Shown here piece after piece: positions 25,102 through 30,200 of a stretch of 30,200 bases of DNA. Source of the DNA: a virus; UHGV virus genome UHGV-0253090; one strand, given 5' to 3'. Each line of letters opens with the position of its first letter. Within the stretch, counting starts at the first letter, position 1. Below the pieces are notes generated by a model that ran no database searches, was not told the DNA's origin, and saw nothing but the letters and a program-made list of their open reading frames with translations. The translations under genes and the position numbers were made by a program.

Positions 25102-25620
25102 ATGGCAATGCCGCGCAAACTCAAGTTAATGAACGTCTTTCTGAACGGCTACAGCTATCAGGGCGTCGCAAAGTCCGTCACGCTGCCAAAACTGACCCGT
25201 AAGCTCGAAAACTATCGCGGTGCGGGGATGAACGGCAGCGCACCGGTAGACCTCGGCCTTGATGACGATGCGCTGTCAATGGAGTGGTCGCTCGGTGGTT
25301 TCCCGGATTCGGTTATCTGGGAACTTTACGCTGCAACTGGTGTGGATGCCGTGCCGATTCGTTTTGCAGGCTCTTACCAGCGTGACGATACCGGCGAAAC
25401 GGTGGCCGTTGAAGTGGTCATGCGTGGACGTCAGAAAGAAATCGACACCGGCGAGGGTAAACAGGGAGAAGACACCGAGTCGAAAATCTCCGTGGTCTGC
25501 ACCTATTTCCGGCTGACGATGGACGGTAAGGAGCTGGTCGAAATTGACACCATCAACATGATTGAGAAGGTGAACGGCGTCGACCGGCTGGAGCAACACC
25601 GCCGCAATATCGGCCTGTGA
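25102..25620 (+). CDS. FII: Tail tube protein (P2 gpFII-like)
   Basis: 172 aa, same length as P2 FII. AAGGAG SD. Confidence 0.9.
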   Translation: MAMPRKLKLMNVFLNGYSYQGVAKSVTLPKLTRKLENYRGAGMNGSAPVDLGLDDDALSMEWSLGGFPDSVIWELYAATGVDAVPIRFAGSYQRDDTGETVAVEVVMRGRQKEIDTGEGKQGEDTESKISVVCTYFRLTMDGKELVEIDTINMIEKVNGVDRLEQHRRNIGL

Positions 25621-25627
25621 TTTTCAT

Positions 25628-25648
25628 CCGGTCAGCCAGGCTGACCGG
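25628..25648 (+). other. Stem-loop between FII and E (possible attenuator / mRNA processing or stability element)
   Basis: Perfect 8-bp stem CCGGTCAG / CTGACCGG with a 5-nt loop, immediately after the FII stop. No strong U-tract. Confidence 0.4.
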
Positions 25649-25675
25649 TAACCCCGATTCAGAAGTGAGAAAACC

Positions 25676-25951
25676 ATGAACAAAGAAAATGTCATTACCC
25701 TGGACAATCCGGTCAAACGTGGTGAGCAGGTTATCGAACAGGTCACGCTGATGAAACCCAATGCCGGGACGCTGCGCGGTGTCAGTCTGGCTGCGGTCGC
25801 GAACTCCGAAGTCGATGCACTGATTAAGGTGCTGCCGCGCATGACGGCACCGATGCTGACCGAGCAGGAAGTCGCCGCGCTGGAACTGCCTGACCTTGTG
25901 GCTCTGGCCGGTAAGGTGGTCGGTTTTTTGTCGCCGAACTCGGTGCAGTGA
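25676..25951 (+). CDS. E: Tail assembly chaperone E (P2 gpE-like)
   Basis: 91 aa, same length as P2 gpE. Ends just after a T TTT TTG slippery heptamer. Confidence 0.85.
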   Translation: MNKENVITLDNPVKRGEQVIEQVTLMKPNAGTLRGVSLAAVANSEVDALIKVLPRMTAPMLTEQEVAALELPDLVALAGKVVGFLSPNSVQ

Positions 25952-26103
25952 CGTTTCCGAAAAATCTCTCGGTCGATGACCTGATGGCGGATGTGGCTGT
26001 GATATTTCACTGGCCGCCATCAGAACTGTATCCCATGAGCCTGACCGAACTCATCACATGGCGCGAAAAGGCGCTCCGGCGAAGCGGAAACACGAATGAG
26101 TAA
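25676..26103 (+). CDS. E+E' tail assembly chaperone produced by programmed -1 ribosomal frameshift at TTTTTTG (25924-25930)
   Basis: My own translation of the -1 frame from the slippery site gives VAELGAVTFPKNLSVDDLMADVAVIFHWPPSELYPMSLTELITWREKALRRSGNTNE, ending at TAA 26101-26103 just inside the T start. Total length about 142 aa, as for P2 E+E'. Confidence 0.75.
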
Positions 26104-28543
26104 CAATGTAAAATTACAGGTATTGCTCAGGGCTGTTGACCAGGCATCCCGCCCGTTTAAATCCATCCGCACAGCGAGCAAATCGCTGTCGGGGGATATC
26201 CGGGAAACACAAAAATCACTGCGCGAGCTGAACGGTCAGGCATCCCGTATTGAGGGATTTCGCAAGACCAGTGCACAGCTCGCCGTGACTGGTCAGGAAC
26301 TGAAAAAAGCCAGACAGGAAGCCGCAGCTCTGGCTGTCCAGTTTAAAAATACTGAACGACCGACAAATGCACAGGCAAAGGCAATGGAAGCCGCGCGTAA
26401 AAATGCGTCTGAGTTACAGGCGAAATATAACAGCCTGAGATTGTCGGTACAGCGCCAGCGTCAGGAATTGAGTCAGGCGGGTATTAATACCCGTAATCTG
26501 GCGCATGATGAACGAGGGCTGAAAAACCGTATCAGTGAAACCACCACACAGCTTAACCGTCAGCGTGATGCGCTGGCGCGTGTCAGTGCGCAACAGGCAA
26601 AACTTAACGCAGTAAAACAGCGTTATCAGGCCGGAAAGGAGCTGGCCGGAAATATGGCCTCAGTGGGCGCTGCCGGTGTGGGGATTGCGGCGGCGGGAAC
26701 GATGGCCGGTGTTAAGCTGCTGATGCCCGGTTATGAGTTTGCGCAGAAAAACTCAGAATTGCAGGCCGTGCTGGGTGTGGCAAAAGACTCCGCCGAAATG
26801 GCCGCGCTCCGCAAACAGGCGCGTCAGCTTGGCGACAATACCGCCGCCTCGGCAGATGATGCAGCCGGTGCGCAGATTATTATTGCGAAAGCCGGTGGGG
26901 ATGTTGATGCCATTCAGGCGGCAACGCCGGTCACGCTGAATATGGCGCTGGCGAACCGTCGCACGATGGAAGAAAACGCCGCCCTGCTGATGGGGATGAA
27001 ATCCGCCTTTCAGCTTTCAAACGATAAGGTCGCTCATATCGGGGATGTTCTCTCCATGACGATGAACAAAACCGCCGCCGATTTTGACGGTATGAGCGAT
27101 GCGCTGACCTATGCCGCACCTGTGGCAAAAAATGCCGGTGTCAGCATTGAAGAAACCGCCGCAATGGTCGGGGCGCTGCATGATGCAAAAATCACAGGCT
27201 CAATGGCGGGGACGGGAAGCCGTGCCGTGTTAAGCCGCCTGCAGGCACCGACGGGAAAAGCATGGGATGCACTCAAAGAGCTTGGAGTGAAAACCTCAGA
27301 CAGCAAGGGAAACACCCGGCCAATATTTACCATTCTGAAAGAAATGCAGGCCAGTTTTGAGAAAAACCGGCTCGGTACTGCCCAGCAGGCTGAATACATG
27401 AAAACTATTTTCGGGGAGGAGGCCAGCTCAGCCGCCGCCGTGCTGATGACTGCCGCCTCAACCGGAAAGCTGGACAAACTGACCGCTGCGTTTAAAGCCT
27501 CAGACGGGAAGACCGCCGAGCTGGTAAATATCATGCAGGACAACCTGGGCGGTGACTTTAAGGAGTTTCAGTCTGCTTATGAGGCGGTGGGGACTGACCT
27601 GTTTGACCAACAGGAAGGCGCACTGCGTAATCTCACGCAGACGGCCACAAAGTATGTGTTAAAACTCGACGGCTGGATCCAGAAAAACAAATCACTGGCG
27701 TCAACCATCGGCCTTATTGTCGGTGGCGCACTGGCGCTTATTGGCATCATCGGTGCAATTGGTCTTGTAGCCTGGCCGGTTATCACCGGCATTAATGCCA
27801 TCATCGCGGCAGCAGGCGCAATGGGGGCAATCTTCACGACGGTTGGCAGTGCTGTTATGACGGCCATCGGGGCGATTAGCTGGCCGGTTGTGGCCGTGGT
27901 GGCCGCCATTGTCGCCGGGGCGTTGCTTATCCGTAAATACTGGGAGCCTGTCAGCGCATTCTTTGGCGGTGTGGTGGAAGGGCTGAAAGCGGCATTTGCG
28001 CCGGTGGGGGAACTGTTCACGCCACTTAAACCGGTTTTTGACTGGCTGGGTGAAAAGTTACAGGCCGCGTGGCAGTGGTTTAAAAACCTGATTGCCCCGG
28101 TTAAAGCCACACAGGACACCCTGAACCGTTGCCGTGACACGGGGGTCATGTTCGGGCAGGCACTGGCTGACGCGCTGATGCTGCCGCTTAATGCGTTCAA
28201 CAAACTGCGCAGCGGTATTGACTGGGTACTGGAAAAACTCGGTGTTATCAACAAAGAGTCAGACACACTTGACCAGACCGCCGCCAGAACTCATGCCGCC
28301 ACGTATGGCACCGGTGGTTATATTCCGGCGACCAGCTCTTATGCAGGTTATCAGGCTTATCAGCCGGTTACGGCACCGGCTGGCCGCTCTTATGTGGACC
28401 AGAGTAAAAACGAATATCACATCAGCCTGACGGGTGGTACTGCGCCGGGGACACAGCTTGACCGCCAGTTACAGGATGCGCTCGAAAAATACGAGCGGGA
28501 TAAACGTGCGCGCGCCCGTGCCAGCATGATGCATGACGGTTAA
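26096..28543 (+). CDS. T: Tail tape measure protein (P2 gpT-like)
   Basis: 815 aa, same length as P2 gpT. Coiled-coil-rich N-terminus and Ala/Gly-rich hydrophobic segments typical of tape measure proteins. Confidence 0.9.
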   Translation: MSNNVKLQVLLRAVDQASRPFKSIRTASKSLSGDIRETQKSLRELNGQASRIEGFRKTSAQLAVTGQELKKARQEAAALAVQFKNTERPTNAQAKAMEAARKNASELQAKYNSLRLSVQRQRQELSQAGINTRNLAHDERGLKNRISETTTQLNRQRDALARVSAQQAKLNAVKQRYQAGKELAGNMASVGAAGVGIAAAGTMAGVKLLMPGYEFAQKNSELQAVLGVAKDSAEMAALRKQARQLGDNTAASADDAAGAQIIIAKAGGDVDAIQAATPVTLNMALANRRTMEENAALLMGMKSAFQLSNDKVAHIGDVLSMTMNKTAADFDGMSDALTYAAPVAKNAGVSIEETAAMVGALHDAKITGSMAGTGSRAVLSRLQAPTGKAWDALKELGVKTSDSKGNTRPIFTILKEMQASFEKNRLGTAQQAEYMKTIFGEEASSAAAVLMTAASTGKLDKLTAAFKASDGKTAELVNIMQDNLGGDFKEFQSAYEAVGTDLFDQQEGALRNLTQTATKYVLKLDGWIQKNKSLASTIGLIVGGALALIGIIGAIGLVAWPVITGINAIIAAAGAMGAIFTTVGSAVMTAIGAISWPVVAVVAAIVAGALLIRKYWEPVSAFFGGVVEGLKAAFAPVGELFTPLKPVFDWLGEKLQAAWQWFKNLIAPVKATQDTLNRCRDTGVMFGQALADALMLPLNAFNKLRSGIDWVLEKLGVINKESDTLDQTAARTHAATYGTGGYIPATSSYAGYQAYQPVTAPAGRSYVDQSKNEYHISLTGGTAPGTQLDRQLQDALEKYERDKRARARASMMHDG

Positions 28544-28557
28544 GGAGGTGACGAAAA

Positions 28558-29037
28558 ATGATGCTCGCGTTAGGTATGTTTGTTTTTATGCGCCAGACGC
28601 TGCCACACCAGACCATGCAGCGTGAATCAGATTATCGCTGGCCGTCAAATTCCCGTATCGGTAAACGGGATGCCTTTCAGTTTCTCGGTGTTGGCGAGGA
28701 AAACATCACGCTTGCCGGTGTGCTTTATCCCGAACTGACCGGCGGCAAGCTGACGATGACCACGCTCAGACTGATGGCAGAGGAAGGCCGGGCGTGGCCG
28801 TTGCTGGATGGCTCCGGCATGATTTACGGCATGTATGTCATCAGCAGGGTGAGTGAAACAGGGAGTATTTTCTTTGCAGACGGCACACCCCGGAAAATTG
28901 ATTTTACGCTGTCGCTCACCCGCGTTGATGAATCACTGGCCGCGCTTTATGGCGATATCGGTAAACAGGCGGAATCGCTCATCGGTAAGGCTGGCAGTAT
29001 GGCGACTAAATTCACGGGTATGACGGGGGTGGGATAA
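28558..29037 (+). CDS. U: Tail protein U (P2 gpU-like)
   Basis: 159 aa, same length as P2 gpU. AGGAGG SD. Confidence 0.88.
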   Translation: MMLALGMFVFMRQTLPHQTMQRESDYRWPSNSRIGKRDAFQFLGVGEENITLAGVLYPELTGGKLTMTTLRLMAEEGRAWPLLDGSGMIYGMYVISRVSETGSIFFADGTPRKIDFTLSLTRVDESLAALYGDIGKQAESLIGKAGSMATKFTGMTGVG

Positions 29038-30200
29038 TGCCGGATGCGTTGACATTTGATGCAGGCAGTACGCTGACGCCGGATTACATGCTGATGCTCG
29101 ACAGCAGGGATATTACCGGCAATATCAGCGACCGTCTGATGAGCATGACCCTGACGGATAACCGGGGCTTTGAGGCTGACCAGCTTGATATTGAACTGAA
29201 CGATGCCGACGGGCAGGTCGGGCTGCCGGTTCGTGGCGCTGTCCTGACGGTGTATATCGGCTGGAAAGGTTTTGCCCTGGTATGTAAAGGGAAATTCACC
29301 GTTGATGAGGTTGAACACCGGGGCGCACCGGATGTGGTCACCATCCGCGCCCGGAGTGCAGATTTTCGCGGGACGCTCAATTCCCGCCGTGAAGGCTCCT
29401 GGCATGACACCACGCTCGGTGCGATTGTTGAGGCGATTGCCTCCCGTAACAGGCTGGAAGCCAGTGTCGCTCCGTCACTGGCCGGAATTAAAATCCCGCA
29501 CATCGACCAGTCGCAGGAGTCTGATGCTAAATTCCTGACCCGTCTTGCTGAACGCAACGGCGGTGAGGTGTCGGTAAAAATGGGAAAACTGCTGTTTCTC
29601 AAAGCGGGGCAGGGGGTGACGGCCAGCGGTAAAAAAATCCCGCAGATTACCATCACCCGCAGCGACGGCGACCGCCATCATTTTGCGATTGCTGACCGTG
29701 GAGCCTACACCGGTGTAACGGCAAAATGGCTACACACCAAAGACCCGAAGCCTCAAAAGCAGAAGGTAAAACTGAAACGCAAAAAGAAAGAGAAACACCT
29801 GCGCGCACTGGAGCACCCGAAAGCGAAACCGGTCAGGCAGAAGAAAGCGCCTAAAGTACCGGAAGCGCGTGAAGGTGAATACATGGCCGGTGAGGCTGAC
29901 AACGTTTTTGCCCTGACCACGGTATATGCCACGAAAGCGCAGGCCATGCGCGCCGCTCAGGCGAAGTGGGATAAGCTGCAACGGGGCGTTGCGGAGTTCT
30001 CCATCAGTCTGGCTACCGGTCGTGCTGATATTTACACGGAAACACCGGTTAAAGTGTCAGGCTTTAAGCGCGTCATAGACGAGCAGGACTGGACAATCAC
30101 TAAGGTGACACATTTTCTGAATAATAGCGGCTTCACGACGTCCTTGGAGCTTGAGGTCAGGCTTTCTGATGTGGAGTACGAAACAGAAGATGATGAGTGA
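29037..30200 (+). CDS. D: Late gene D product (tail protein, P2 gpD-like)
   Basis: 387 aa, same length as P2 gpD. Stop codon at the window end. Confidence 0.88.
   Translation: MPDALTFDAGSTLTPDYMLMLDSRDITGNISDRLMSMTLTDNRGFEADQLDIELNDADGQVGLPVRGAVLTVYIGWKGFALVCKGKFTVDEVEHRGAPDVVTIRARSADFRGTLNSRREGSWHDTTLGAIVEAIASRNRLEASVAPSLAGIKIPHIDQSQESDAKFLTRLAERNGGEVSVKMGKLLFLKAGQGVTASGKKIPQITITRSDGDRHHFAIADRGAYTGVTAKWLHTKDPKPQKQKVKLKRKKKEKHLRALEHPKAKPVRQKKAPKVPEAREGEYMAGEADNVFALTTVYATKAQAMRAAQAKWDKLQRGVAEFSISLATGRADIYTETPVKVSGFKRVIDEQDWTITKVTHFLNNSGFTTSLELEVRLSDVEYETEDDE

Larger units (their letters stand above)
423..30200. mobile_element. P2-family prophage (continues beyond the right end of the window); left junction at about 360-453
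   Basis: Complete P2-like synteny from int to D. The host pflA gene abuts the int end. cos is internal, as expected for an integrated prophage. Confidence 0.9.

Noticed and set aside
26733-28616. Alternative-frame and antisense ORFs within the tape measure gene (for example 27577-28266 minus, 27109-27543 minus)
   Set aside because: The 815-aa tape-measure frame is continuous and matches the expected size. The overlapping ORFs are Ala/Ser-rich artefacts.
29084-29981. Minus-strand ORFs within gene D
   Set aside because: Shadow ORFs. The D frame (387 aa) matches the P2 gpD length exactly.
1-30200. CRISPR arrays, tRNA/rRNA genes, IS elements
   Set aside because: No regularly spaced direct repeats, no tRNA-like cloverleaf next to the integrase (the junction is at pflA), and no transposase-like ORF or terminal inverted repeats were seen.

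Overview
This window is about 30 kb of a P2-family (peduovirus-like) prophage inserted right at the 5' end of the host pflA gene in an E. coli-like enterobacterial chromosome. Gene order follows the P2 prophage map: pflA' | int, C (minus) | cox, small ORF, B, orf80-83-like, A (plus) | AT-rich cargo island | cos | Q, P (minus) | O N M L X Y K lysA lysB/lysC R S | one V/J-like ORF | I | tail fibre with invertible segment and invertase | FI FII E/E' T U D. The window ends at the D stop codon, so ogr and attR lie outside it. The most interesting element is the cargo island (6335-9444) at the position where P2 carries tin/old: it holds a single 864-aa protein with an N-terminal SIR2-type NAD-binding domain and a long helical C-terminal region, a strong candidate single-gene anti-phage defence system. 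Other notable points: the prophage supplies a replacement start and N-terminus for pflA; gpW appears to be missing, with V and J fused in frame, so the prophage is probably defective; and a Mu/P1/e14-type invertible tail-fibre cassette sits in place of P2 Z/fun. All product calls rest on my reading of the supplied translations, my own translation of selected frames and recall of P2 proteins; no database search or computation was run.
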